Below are positions 48,903-59,210 of a stretch of 64,000 bases of DNA, piece by piece (position 1 is the first letter of the stretch; each line of letters begins with the position of its first letter). The stretch comes from Polyangiales bacterium (GTDB lineage Bacteria > Myxococcota_A > Polyangia > Polyangiales > Ga0077539): the NCBI GenBank assembly GCA_044229975.1, contig JBGARZ010000010.1, forward strand, positions 128,001 to 192,000, read 5' to 3'. The position numbers and the translations under genes are program-made. A model generated the notes under the pieces. That model was given only the letters and a program-made list of their open reading frames with translations. It was not told the DNA's origin and did no database searches.

Positions 48903-50636
48903 ATGGCATCTCCCTCCGCCGACCTCTCCGCGCGCGCCTCCTGGATCGTTCTCGGGCTCGCCCTCATCGCCTACCTCGGACTCGCCTGGCGGCAAAGCGA
49001 CGCCTTCATGGCCTGGGACGAGGAGACCATGGTCCACAGCGTGACCGCGCCGCGGGTGCTCGCCGGTCGCCCCGGTCCCGACGGTCGCCCCCACCTCGAA
49101 CCCTCCTGCGCCGACGCCCACGCCCCCACCTTCGTCCTCTCCGCGGGTCGTCCCCGCCTCGGCGTCTGCGCCGGTGGTCGCCTCTGGCCCCTGATGATCG
49201 CCCCGTACTTCTCCGGGGTCTTCTACTGGCCCTTCGGCCTGCTCGCGCCGATCCATCACGACAACGTCTTCGTCCTCCGCAAGTTCACCCTGCTCCTCGG
49301 GGCCGTCACGCTGGCGCTCACCTTCCTGCTGGTGCGCCGCTTCGCCGGGCGTCGCGCGGCCGCCGTCGCCGCCGTCGCCACCGCCGTCTCCCCGTGCTTC
49401 GTGTTGACGCACTCCATCCTGGTGCACTTCGAGACGCTGCCGTGGATGTGGCTCACCGCCGCCATGCTCGTCTTCGCCGGGCGCGCTCCCAGCGAGACCC
49501 CGCCGTCGTCACGACGCCTCGCCCTGGGCGGCTTCTTCGTCGGCCTCGCGGTGCTCGCCAACCTGAAGACCGTCGCGCTCATCGCGCCGCTCGCCCTCGT
49601 CGCGTGGCGCCTCGATCCGCGCTGGCGACAGCTCCCGCGCGCGCGCTGGATCACCCCCGCCGTGGCCGCGGCGCTGCCGCTGCTGCCGATGGTCATCGTC
49701 TACCTGCTGCCCTCAGGCGGTTATGGAGACAAGAGCCAGGGGTGGTCACGCGCGCTCCTCGCTCACCTGTTGCAACCGCAGAGGCTTGTTCCCAGCACGC
49801 GCGACCTGCTGCTGTGGTGGTCCAACGTCGCGTACTACTTCCGCGACTTCGTGGGCTCGGCGCCGCTCAACGTCGCCGCCCTCGTCGTCGCCGTCGCCGC
49901 CCTCGCCTTCGTCCTCCGCGACGCCGCGCGCACCCTCTGGCGCCGCGAGGGGGACGCCGTCGCAGCCGCCTGCGGGGCGTCGCTCGCCGCGTACGTTGCG
50001 ATGGTCGCGCTCCTCTACGAGAGCTTCCCGGTCAACTACACCCCGCTGCACACGGTCTTCGGTGTCACGCTCGCGGTGGCCGTCGATCGCGCCTCGCGGT
50101 TTGTTGCCGGTCGCGTGGGCCGTCCGTCGCTCGCGCTGCCCCTCGCGCTCGTGGCGCTCGCGCCCTTTCTGCACAACACGCTCCAGACCACCGAGGCGTC
50201 GCGCGGGTTTCGGCTGCGAACCAACCCCATCACCGAGCGCGCCCTCGTGGCGTACCTGCGCGCGCACCCGGCGCCGGGCGCCAGCATCGTCACCGTGGAC
50301 GACCGCATGGCCGGCGTGGTCGATTCGCTCTCCAACGGCGAGCTCACCACCACGCAGGCGGGCGGGTACTTCCGGAGCTGCGATCCGCACACGAGCAACC
50401 CCCGCGCGCAGGAGTGCCTCTACGAGCGCTGGCGGGCGCTGCTGTCGGCGACGCCGGGGTCCCTGCGGGTGGTGATGCCGCTGGACGTTCTGACGTGGCG
50501 CAGCGGGTACGTGAGCCTGGCGCCCTCGCTCGAACGAGCCGCGCGCGAGCTCGGACGAGAGGTGGCCGTGGAGCAGCGCTTCGTGACGGCGGGGGGACTG
50601 CCCGCGGTGGCGCTGCATCGGGTTGGTGGGCGGTAG
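48903..50636 (+). CDS. GT-C fold (ArnT/PMT-like) integral membrane glycosyltransferase
   Basis: WDE motif after the first TM; many TMs; LAVLANLK; periplasmic C-terminal domain. Confidence 0.6.
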   Translation: MASPSADLSARASWIVLGLALIAYLGLAWRQSDAFMAWDEETMVHSVTAPRVLAGRPGPDGRPHLEPSCADAHAPTFVLSAGRPRLGVCAGGRLWPLMIAPYFSGVFYWPFGLLAPIHHDNVFVLRKFTLLLGAVTLALTFLLVRRFAGRRAAAVAAVATAVSPCFVLTHSILVHFETLPWMWLTAAMLVFAGRAPSETPPSSRRLALGGFFVGLAVLANLKTVALIAPLALVAWRLDPRWRQLPRARWITPAVAAALPLLPMVIVYLLPSGGYGDKSQGWSRALLAHLLQPQRLVPSTRDLLLWWSNVAYYFRDFVGSAPLNVAALVVAVAALAFVLRDAARTLWRREGDAVAAACGASLAAYVAMVALLYESFPVNYTPLHTVFGVTLAVAVDRASRFVAGRVGRPSLALPLALVALAPFLHNTLQTTEASRGFRLRTNPITERALVAYLRAHPAPGASIVTVDDRMAGVVDSLSNGELTTTQAGGYFRSCDPHTSNPRAQECLYERWRALLSATPGSLRVVMPLDVLTWRSGYVSLAPSLERAARELGREVAVEQRFVTAGGLPAVALHRVGGR

Positions 50637-50646
50637 CTGTCGTTGC

Positions 50647-51793
50647 CTACCCCCGACTTGATCGGCGGCGAGGTTTTGGAGGCGTTGCCACTGATGGCGG
50701 GTCCTTCAGCTCATCTTCGATCTGCTCAATCGTGGGCAGGGTCGTTCCGAGCTGCGCGGGCAACGCCTGAACGAGCTGGTACTCCGCTACGCCGATGGGC
50801 TTGTTCGCGTCGCGGAGCGCGTACTCCGCAATCACGCGGTTGCGGGTCTTGCAGTGCAGGATGCCGATCGTTGGATTGTCCTGGTCGGACTTGATCAATG
50901 AGTCGACGGCGCTCAGGTAGAAGTTGAGCTTCCCTGCGTGCTCGGGCTTGAACCCTCCAGCCTTCAACTCCACCACGACGTAGCATCGGAGCTTGAGGTG
51001 GTAGAAGAGCAGGTCGAGATAGAAGTCCTCGTCCCCGACCTCGACGTGCACCTGCCTCCCAACGAAGGCGAAGCCCGCGCCCAACTCAAGAAGGAAGCGG
51101 GTGACGTGAGCCATCAACGCTTCCTCGACCTCCCGCTCCTGGGCCGCTTCCGCGAGACCGAGGAAGTCGAAGCGGTACGGGTCCTTCAAGGACTCGCGCG
51201 CAAGGTCGGACTGCGAGGACGGGAGTCTCTCCGCGAAGTTGGTGACCGCGCGCCCGGAGCGCTCTCGCGCCTGCGTCTCGATCTGCATGACCAGGACGTT
51301 GCGCGACCAGCCGTGCTCGACCGCCTTCTCCATGTAGCAGGCCCGCTCCTCCGGCGCGTCCAGCTTGTCGAGCAGGGTGCACAGATGGAACCCAGGGCAG
51401 TCGTGCAGCAGCTTGCTGCACAAACTCGCCGTCGGGCCATGCGTCGGCGAACGACCGCATGTAGCTGAGGTTTCGCGGCGAGAAACCCTTCATCTCCGGA
51501 AACGCCGCATGCAGGTCGTGGGCGAGGCGTTCGATCACCTTCGTGCCCCAGCCTTGCCGCGCCTGTCGCTCAAGGATGTCCCGGCCGATCTGCCAATAGA
51601 GGCTGACGAGTTCGCGGTTTACGGCGAGTGAGGCCCGAAGTTGGGCGCTGCGAATGCGGTCCTTCAGCTCGCCGAGCCACTCTCCGTAGTCGGCCGGAGT
51701 CGGAGCGATCGATGGCGGTGTCGCGTCCGATGACTTTGAGGGTGTCTCTGTGCGGCCCGACGAGCGCCGAGGTGGGGTGGACTTCTTGGTCAT
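50647..51793 (-). pseudogene. YhcG/DUF1016 PD-(D/E)XK nuclease, frameshifted
   Basis: N half (NRELVSLYWQIG..GFSPRNL..LPW) and C half (FHLCTLL..KDPY..LLELG..DLLFYH..VELK) are in different frames; extra base at 51391-51393. Confidence 0.85.
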
Positions 51794-51921
51794 GCCGATC
51801 GAGGTGCTCGCTGGGAGACGGTGTCATGGCTCCGTGCGCTCATTGCCTCCCCCGCGAACTCATCCGGAGAAGACATTCCGTGCCTCCGAAAATGCCCGAA
51901 ATCGTCATCCCTGGGGAACCC

Positions 51922-51948
51922 TGTCACAACCCCGCCGCGCATCTCGTC
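51922..51948 (+). promoter_or_regulatory. ECF41-type promoter TGTCACA-N16-CGTC
   Basis: tgtcaca 51922-51928, 16-nt spacer, cgtc 51945-51948; GAGGAG and ATG (51980) follow. Confidence 0.75.
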
Positions 51949-51984
51949 TCATGGGCACACGAGAGGAGAGCGAACACCAATGAC

Positions 51985-52167
51985 GCGCGGCTCGCGGAGG
52001 TCAACGGCGCGACGGCGCTGGTGATCCGCGAGGGGGGTGTGGTGACCAGCGTGATCCAGTTTGGTTGGAGCGAAGGAGCGGAGGGCCCGCGGGTGTCGGC
52101 GGTGTACATGACGCGCAACCCGGACAAGCTGCGCGCGCTCGATGTGGCGCTGCGGGATGGAGCGTGA
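51985..52167 (+). pseudogene. C-terminal remnant of an ECF41 (SigJ-like) sigma factor
   Basis: VNG..ALV..NPDKL SnoaL-like tail; no sigma regions 2/4 upstream. Confidence 0.75.
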
Positions 52168-52475
52168 GCGTCGCTCCTCTCAAGGTCGCTGTCCCCGAGC
52201 GGGGACCACGACCTTGAAAGCGGTTTCGCCGCAAATGAGGTGGCCTGACGGTCACGCGAGGCGCGCGAGCAGCCAGCGGACCATCGCGTCGCTGTGCAGC
52301 CAGTCCGGTGCGATGTTGCACCCGCATGCGCCGAAGACCGACGTCTGCGTGAGCGTCTCGTTTACCCGGTTGGGTAAGTCTGGAAGAGGGTCTCTTCCCC
52401 GCCCCTTTCCACTGCCGTCTTATGCCAGAGACGGGGGATTGCGGCAAGACCGGGGCCCTGCCGCACAGTGTTCCC

Positions 52476-53942
52476 ATGAGGACAAACCATGCCGTGGTCA
52501 TCGCCGGCGGAGGACCCACCGGGTTGATGCTCGCCGCCGAGCTCGCGCTCGCACACGTCGACGTCGCCATCGTCGAGCGACGCGCCACCCAGGACCTCCC
52601 CGGATCGCGCGCGGGCGGCCTGCACTCGCGCACCATCGAGGTGCTCGATCAGCGCGGCGTCGCGGAGCGCTTTCTCTCGCAGGGGAAGGTCATGCAGATC
52701 GTGGGCTTCGCGACGACCCCGCTCGACATCAGCGACTTCCCGACGCGCCACCCCTACGGCCTCGCGCTGTGGCAGGAGCCCATCGAGCGCACCCTCGCCG
52801 CCTGGGTCGACGAGCTCGCGGTGCCGACCTATCGCGAGCGCGAGGTGACGGGCTTCGCGCAGGACGACGACGGCGTCGACATCGAGCTGTCCGACGGTCG
52901 TGCGTTGCGGGCGCGGTACCTCGTCGGGTGTGACGGCGGGCGCAGCGTGGTGCGCAAGGCGGCGGGCATCGAGTTCCCCGGGTGGGACGCGTCGGTCAGC
53001 TACCTCATCGCCGAGGTCACGATGGCCGACGAGCCGGAGTGGGGCATGCGCCACGGTGAGAAGGGCATCAACGGCATCGGCAAGCTCGGCGAGGGAAAGC
53101 GAGCGCGCGTGGTGTTGATCGAGGCGCAGGTGAGGCAGGGCGCGGCCACGCTGGACGACCTGCGCGAGGCGCTCGTCGCCGTGTATGGGACGGACTACGG
53201 CGTGCACGACGTGACGTGGCTGTCGAGGTTCAGCGACGCGGCGCGGCAGGCGGAGGTGTACCGGAAGGGGCGGGTGTTGCTGGCGGGCGACGCGGCGCAC
53301 GTGCACGCGCCCAACGGCGGACAGGGGCTCAACATCGGCGTGCAGGACGCCGTGAACCTCGGATGGAAGCTCGCCCAGGTGATCCACGGAACGTCACCCG
53401 AGAGCCTGCTCGACACCTATCAGACCGAGCGGCATCCGATCGGCGCGCGGGTGCTCAAGCACACCATGGCGCAGACGGCGCTCAACCGCGGCGACGAGCG
53501 GACGAAGGCCCTGCGCGAGAGCCTCGCCGAGCTGATGACGATGGACGCGCCGCGCAGGCGATACGCCGGGATGCTGTCGGGGCTCGACGTCCACTACGAC
53601 CTCGGCGCGGGACACCCGCTGCTCGGGCGGCGCATGCCCGATCTCGACGTGGTCACCGCCGATGGCCCGCGGCGGGTGTTTGCGCTGCTGCACGACGCGC
53701 GACCGGTGGTGCTCAACCTTGGTGTTGCTGGCGCGCTCGACATCGCTCCATGGAGTGATCGGGTGCGGCGCGTCGACGCGCGATACGCGGGCGCGTGGGA
53801 GCTGCCGGTGCTCGGTGTGGTCACGGCTCCTGCGGCCGTGTTGATACGCCCCGACGGGTACGTCGCGTGGGTCGGAGACGGCACCGACCACGGCCTTCGC
53901 GACGCGTTGAGCAAGTGGTTTGGGATGCCCGATCGCGGCTGA
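52476..53942 (+). CDS. FAD-dependent monooxygenase (PheA/TfdB, Rox-like)
   Basis: GGGPTG, GCDGGRS, GDAAHVH..GGQGLN, RPDGYVAW. Confidence 0.9.
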   Translation: MRTNHAVVIAGGGPTGLMLAAELALAHVDVAIVERRATQDLPGSRAGGLHSRTIEVLDQRGVAERFLSQGKVMQIVGFATTPLDISDFPTRHPYGLALWQEPIERTLAAWVDELAVPTYREREVTGFAQDDDGVDIELSDGRALRARYLVGCDGGRSVVRKAAGIEFPGWDASVSYLIAEVTMADEPEWGMRHGEKGINGIGKLGEGKRARVVLIEAQVRQGAATLDDLREALVAVYGTDYGVHDVTWLSRFSDAARQAEVYRKGRVLLAGDAAHVHAPNGGQGLNIGVQDAVNLGWKLAQVIHGTSPESLLDTYQTERHPIGARVLKHTMAQTALNRGDERTKALRESLAELMTMDAPRRRYAGMLSGLDVHYDLGAGHPLLGRRMPDLDVVTADGPRRVFALLHDARPVVLNLGVAGALDIAPWSDRVRRVDARYAGAWELPVLGVVTAPAAVLIRPDGYVAWVGDGTDHGLRDALSKWFGMPDRG

Positions 53943-53970
53943 TGGCGACGGGTGTAGCGTCGCCGTCACG

Positions 53971-56900
53971 ATGCCCGACGAGACCGCGCCTTCCCGCACC
54001 GAGGCCGAGCTCGCCGAAGCGCGCCGACGCATCGCCGACCTCGAAGCCCAGCTCGCGCAGCTCTCGCCCGCGATCAGCACGCTGGAGCTGACCGTCCAGT
54101 CGACCACCACGGCCGGCACCTACCGCGTGAAGGCCGAGTGGAACCGCCCCGGCGACCCCGTCGCCCGCGAGCGCCGCTTCACCCTCAACGACGAAGACCT
54201 CTTCGCCGCCACGAGCGCCGCCGAGTACGGCGCCGTGCTCGGCCGCGCCCTCTTCGCCGACGACGTGCTCACCCTCTTCGCCCTGGCGCGCGGCGACAAC
54301 ACCCCCGTCCGCGTCCTGCTCGCCGTCGAGTCCGAGGACCTCCAGCGCTGGCGCTGGGAGCGCCTCTGCGCCCCCGGAGAAAACGGCGCGTGGCGGCCGC
54401 TGCGCCCCGACCAGCTCACGCCCTTCTCGCTCTACATCCCCACCACCAGCGAGCGGCGCTACCCCGCCTTCCGCCAGAGCGAGCTGCGCGCCCTCGTCGT
54501 CGTGGCCTCGCCCGAGCCCGGCCACCCGACGCTCTCGGCCTTCGACGAAGAGCTCGCGCTCCGCACCGTGCTCGATGGCCTCGACGACATCCCCCGCGTG
54601 GTTCTCTCCCACGTCGCTGGAATCTCGGCGGGACCGCCGACGCTACAGCAGATCTGCGCGCGTCTCTCCGCCGAGCCCTTCACCCTCCTGCACGTCGTCT
54701 GTCACGGCGCGGTCGGGCGCGACGGCGCGAGCTCCATCTTCCTCGACGCCGACGACGCGCTCCCCCTCCAGGTCGAGCGCAACGGGCGCACCGCGCGGGT
54801 GCCCGCCGCCGTCTTCGTCGACTGCCTCCGACGCCTTGGGCCCGAGCACGCGCTGCCACACTTCGCGTTCTTGTCGGTGTGCGAGAGCGCGGTCGCGGCG
54901 GCCGAACCCCCGCCCGATGCGCGCGACTGGCGCGATGCCCTTCGAGGGCTCGGGCAGCTCCTCGTGCGCGACCTCGGGATGAAGTCCGTCCTCGCCATGA
55001 CCGACAAGATCACCCAGAGCACCGCGCTCGCGCTGGGACGGGCGTTCTACCCGGCGCTCCAGCGCCGCGGGGAGGTCGACCTCGCGCTCGCCGAGGCGTG
55101 CATCGCCGTGCGCGATCGGCCCGACCTCACCACCCCCGCGCTCTTCAGCCGCGTCGTCGGTCGGCGCCTCTTCTCGCCCGCGACCGGGGCGCCCACGCTC
55201 ACCCGCCGCGAGGTCGATGAGGGCGTGCGTCGGTTGGTTCCGCTCTTCGCAGAGCGTGCGCCCGTGCTCGTGCCGACGGTGCTGCCGCGCATCGTCGCGC
55301 GCCTCGCCGACGAGGCCGACCGCCGCGCCGCCCTCGACGAGCTCGAACCCCTCTGCGACGAGGTGCTGGAGACCTCCTTCGCCGACCTCGCCCGCGGCGC
55401 GGCGCCATCGCGCTACGAAGCGGAGTGCCCCTTCCCGGGCCTGCGTGCGTTCACGTCGGAGCAGCGACGGTTCTTCCGCGGCCGCGATGCGCTCGTCACG
55501 ACGGTCGTCGAGAAGCTGATGCTCCAGTCCTTCGTGTGCGTGCTCGGCGGCTCCGGCAGCGGCAAGTCGTCGCTGGTGGCGGCCGGGGTGATCCCCGCGC
55601 TGCGCGATCGATCGGGCAGCCTCGCGGTCGCTCGCCTCACGCCGGGTCGCGACCCCGAAGCGGCGCTCACGTCAGCGCGCGCGTCGCTCGGTGACGCGGC
55701 CGACACGCTGCTCTTCGTCGACCAGTTCGAGGAGCTGTTCACGCTCTGCGACGACGCGGCGGCGCGGGCGCGCTTCCTCGATGATCTCGTCGGGTCGGCG
55801 CGGCCCGAGCGGCGGGTCGTCCTGACGATGCGGGCCGACTTCCTCGGCGACTGCGCCGCGCACGCGGGGCTGCGGCGGATGGTGCAGCGGCAGCCGGAGC
55901 TGGTTCCGCCGATGACGGCCGACGAGCTGCGGGGCGCCGTCGAGGCGCAGGCGAAGGAGGCGGGGCTGCGCTTGGAGACGGGACTCTCGGAGTCGCTGCT
56001 GCCAGAGCTGGTGCGCGAGCCCGGCGCGATGCCGCTGCTCCAGCACGCGCTCGCCGAGCTGTGGGCGCGGCGGCACGGGCGCTGGCTGCGGCGCGACGCG
56101 TGGGAGCGAGACATCGGCGGCGTCGCCGGCGCCATCGAGCGCACGGCCGAGGACGTGTGGGCCAGGCTCGACGAGGGCGATCGCACGCTGCTGCCCAGCG
56201 TGATGACGCGCCTCACGCGCGTGGGCGGCACCGATGGTGGTCCACAGCGGGACACCCGGCAGCGGGTGGCGTTGCGCGAGCTGGCGGCATCGGGAGACGG
56301 GGCTCGGGTGCGTCGGCTGGTCACCGGGCTCGCGGGCGCCGGGGCCCGACTGCTGGTGGTGAGCGGCGACGATGATGGAGCCGTGGTGGAGGTCGCCCAC
56401 GAGGCGCTGCTGCGACACTGGAAGCGGTTGCGCGGATGGATCGATGCCGCCCGCGACGTGTCCCTGATGCGGCAGGAGCTGCGGGCGTCGGCGCAGGCGT
56501 GGATCGACGCGCGCAAGGCCGACGACGCGTGGCTGGAGCACCGGGGGACGCGCGCCGAGGCGGTGCGGTCGCGGCTGGCGCAGGGCGGCGCGACGCTCGA
56601 CGAGACGGAGCTGCGCGCGGCGGGTGATGCGACGGTGACGGGATCGGTGGCGGAGTACTTCGCGGCCTGCGTGGCGTGCGACCGCGCGGAGGCCGAGCGG
56701 CGCGAGGAGGCGGCGCGTCGGCTCAAGCTCCAACTGGCTGCGTGGTACGAGGAGAAGGGCGCGGCGTTGGTGACGGCGGGCGACGGGCCGCGGGCGATGG
56801 TGTGGCTCGTCGAAGCGTTGAAGCTCGGGGCCGACAGCGGGCCGCTGCGGTTTCGACTCGCCCGCGCCGCGGAGCGCTCGATCGACCAGGAGGTGGCGCG

Positions 56901-59163
56901 CATCGCCGGGCACACGACGGTCGCCGTCGAGGGGATGCTGAGCCCCGACGAGACGCGCGCGCTGGTGCGTTACGAGGACGGTAGTGCGCGGGTCTGGGAC
57001 GCGGCGACGGGCGCCCTCGTGGCGGCGGTGGGCGGGGGCGTCGGCCGGCTCAACGCCGTGACGGCGCGCTTCAGCGCCGACGGCGCGGAGATCGTCACGC
57101 GCGGAGGACAAGGCAACGTCGGTCGGTGGAGCGCGACGACGGGCGAGTGGTCGGCGACGCGCGACGTGACGCGCACCGTCAGCATGCTCGGCGGCGTCGA
57201 GGTGGTGGAGGAGTCGAGCATCGCGATCTACCACTCGATGGCGCCGGCGGCGGAGGAGGACACGGCCACAGCCACGGCGACGATCAACGCGACGCGCGCG
57301 ATCGAGGTGCGCGAGGGACACGCCGTGGTGGTCGACGCCCGCTCGCGCGCTGCCCTGGTCGCGCTGCCCGAGACGCCCATCGCGATGGAGGCGGCGGAGT
57401 TCGACGCGACCGGAACGCGCGTGCTCACCCGGGCCACGGGCGACGCATCTGCGAAGGTGTGGGAAGCCCTCACCGGCGCGCTCGTCGTGACGCTCGTCGG
57501 GCACACCGGACCGCTGCTGGGCGCGACGTTTGCCGCCGACGGCGCGCGGGCGCTGACCTTCGGCGAGGACGGCACCGCGCGGGTCTGGAACGCCCTCACC
57601 GGCGCGGCCGTCTCCCTTCACTCGCACGAATTCGCCGTGCTCTCGGCGGTCTTTGATCGCGACGGGGCGTGGGTCGTCTCGGCGGACTACGGTGGCTGCG
57701 CCTGCGTCTGGGACGCGGTCACCGGCGCGGTCGCGGTCGAGCGTTCGATCGAGGGGCGGCTTCTCGCCGTGGCCTTCACCCCGGCGGGCGCGTGCGCGCT
57801 TTCGGTGCATGACGACTACTCCGTCTCCCTCTGGAACCTCGCGACCGGCAAGGAAATCGCGCGGCTGAAGGCGCACGAGGGCGACGTCCACCAACCGAGC
57901 TTCAGCGCCGACGGTTCTCGCGTGGTCACGTCGAGCGCCGACGGCTCGGCGCGCCTCTGGGACACGGTCACCGGGCGGCCTCTCGGCATGGTCCAGATCG
58001 GCCGCGGTGTCAGCGCAAGCGTGCGCCTCAGCCCGGGGGGCGAGCGCTTCGTGACATGGACGTCGGAGGCGATGCGCCTCTGGGACGCCGGGACCGAGCG
58101 ACCCTTGACCGCGCCGGGGCAGTACGACCCGGCGACGGTGGCGTTCAGCGCGGACGGTAAGCGCCTGGTGGTGCCCTGGTCGTGGGGAGGCGCCATCGTG
58201 TGGGACCTGTGGCGGTGCGTGCCCATCGCCTGGCTGACGGGTCGCGATGCTCGCTTCCGCGACGGGCGCTTCAGCGCGGACGGTCGGCGCGTGGTGACGG
58301 CCAGTGAAGACGGCAGCGCGCGCCTCTGGGACGTCGCCCCGCGCGTCGAGGTCGTCCCACCGCGCGAGGCCCTCGGTCGCCTCCTCCACGGCGTGATCAG
58401 CGCGGACGGGAGAAGGGCCGCGGGCTGCGATGGCCGCAGGGTGCGGGTGTGGGACGCCGCCACGGGCGCCACGGTCGCGACCTTCGAGCGATTGGTCTGG
58501 GGAGTGAGGTGCCTCGCGATCGGCGCGGACGGCGTGCGCGTGATCACCGGTGACTCCGTCGGCGTGGTGAGGGTGTACGCCGAAGGACAGGTCGGCGACC
58601 CACTGACCCTGCCGGGCCACACCATGGAGATCGAGTCGGTGGCCTTCGACCCCGAGGGCCGACGCGCCGTGAGCGCGACCTCCTCCGATGGCGTTCGGGT
58701 GTGGGACCTCGCTACGGTCCGCGAGGTCGCCCATCTCGACCCGCGCCGGGGGGCGTACCGCGCCGCCTTCGACGGAGACTCCGACCACGTGGTGACCTGG
58801 GGCAGGGACGAAGCCTGGCGTTGGGACATGGTCACCGGCGAGGTGATCGGGCTTCCTGCTGGTGCGGCTGCGCGGTGGTCCGACGCGGCGACGGGCACCA
58901 CGACGGCGGTCACCTTCGATCGCAACGGCGCGCTGCTCCTCCGCGATCTGGGAACCGACGAAGTGATCACGGAGGTCGGGTCCGACGAGTCGGCCACTTG
59001 CGCGGCCCGCTTCAGCGCCGACGGCCGACGCCTCACGCTGCTGGGCGTCGACGGCTGCCTTCGCACCGTCGCCGTGTCCCTCGAAGCCCGCACGCTCGCC
59101 GAGCTCGACGGCCTCGTGTCCGCCCGCGTCCCCCATCGCCTCGTCGACGGCAAGCTCCGCTAG
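53971..59163 (+). CDS. CHAT protease - nSTAND1 NTPase - WD40 repeat protein
   Basis: WERL, LHVVCHG and FLSVCES (CHAT His/Cys); CPFPGL, GGSGSGKSS, VDQFEELFT, PLLQHAL, EVAHEAL; many WD repeats. Confidence 0.88.
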   Translation: MPDETAPSRTEAELAEARRRIADLEAQLAQLSPAISTLELTVQSTTTAGTYRVKAEWNRPGDPVARERRFTLNDEDLFAATSAAEYGAVLGRALFADDVLTLFALARGDNTPVRVLLAVESEDLQRWRWERLCAPGENGAWRPLRPDQLTPFSLYIPTTSERRYPAFRQSELRALVVVASPEPGHPTLSAFDEELALRTVLDGLDDIPRVVLSHVAGISAGPPTLQQICARLSAEPFTLLHVVCHGAVGRDGASSIFLDADDALPLQVERNGRTARVPAAVFVDCLRRLGPEHALPHFAFLSVCESAVAAAEPPPDARDWRDALRGLGQLLVRDLGMKSVLAMTDKITQSTALALGRAFYPALQRRGEVDLALAEACIAVRDRPDLTTPALFSRVVGRRLFSPATGAPTLTRREVDEGVRRLVPLFAERAPVLVPTVLPRIVARLADEADRRAALDELEPLCDEVLETSFADLARGAAPSRYEAECPFPGLRAFTSEQRRFFRGRDALVTTVVEKLMLQSFVCVLGGSGSGKSSLVAAGVIPALRDRSGSLAVARLTPGRDPEAALTSARASLGDAADTLLFVDQFEELFTLCDDAAARARFLDDLVGSARPERRVVLTMRADFLGDCAAHAGLRRMVQRQPELVPPMTADELRGAVEAQAKEAGLRLETGLSESLLPELVREPGAMPLLQHALAELWARRHGRWLRRDAWERDIGGVAGAIERTAEDVWARLDEGDRTLLPSVMTRLTRVGGTDGGPQRDTRQRVALRELAASGDGARVRRLVTGLAGAGARLLVVSGDDDGAVVEVAHEALLRHWKRLRGWIDAARDVSLMRQELRASAQAWIDARKADDAWLEHRGTRAEAVRSRLAQGGATLDETELRAAGDATVTGSVAEYFAACVACDRAEAERREEAARRLKLQLAAWYEEKGAALVTAGDGPRAMVWLVEALKLGADSGPLRFRLARAAERSIDQEVARIAGHTTVAVEGMLSPDETRALVRYEDGSARVWDAATGALVAAVGGGVGRLNAVTARFSADGAEIVTRGGQGNVGRWSATTGEWSATRDVTRTVSMLGGVEVVEESSIAIYHSMAPAAEEDTATATATINATRAIEVREGHAVVVDARSRAALVALPETPIAMEAAEFDATGTRVLTRATGDASAKVWEALTGALVVTLVGHTGPLLGATFAADGARALTFGEDGTARVWNALTGAAVSLHSHEFAVLSAVFDRDGAWVVSADYGGCACVWDAVTGAVAVERSIEGRLLAVAFTPAGACALSVHDDYSVSLWNLATGKEIARLKAHEGDVHQPSFSADGSRVVTSSADGSARLWDTVTGRPLGMVQIGRGVSASVRLSPGGERFVTWTSEAMRLWDAGTERPLTAPGQYDPATVAFSADGKRLVVPWSWGGAIVWDLWRCVPIAWLTGRDARFRDGRFSADGRRVVTASEDGSARLWDVAPRVEVVPPREALGRLLHGVISADGRRAAGCDGRRVRVWDAATGATVATFERLVWGVRCLAIGADGVRVITGDSVGVVRVYAEGQVGDPLTLPGHTMEIESVAFDPEGRRAVSATSSDGVRVWDLATVREVAHLDPRRGAYRAAFDGDSDHVVTWGRDEAWRWDMVTGEVIGLPAGAAARWSDAATGTTTAVTFDRNGALLLRDLGTDEVITEVGSDESATCAARFSADGRRLTLLGVDGCLRTVAVSLEARTLAELDGLVSARVPHRLVDGKLR

Positions 59164-59210
59164 ACGCGACCCCATGTCCCGCCATCTCCACCTGAAGGTC
59201 TCTTCCCCCA

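Noticed and set aside
52170..52470. Possible small ORF or gene remnant between the ECF41 relic and the monooxygenase
   Set aside because: No convincing start, RBS or recognisable motif on either strand
52476..53942. Rifampin monooxygenase (rox) resistance gene
   Set aside because: The motifs are shared by the whole aromatic hydroxylase family; substrate cannot be inferred by eye
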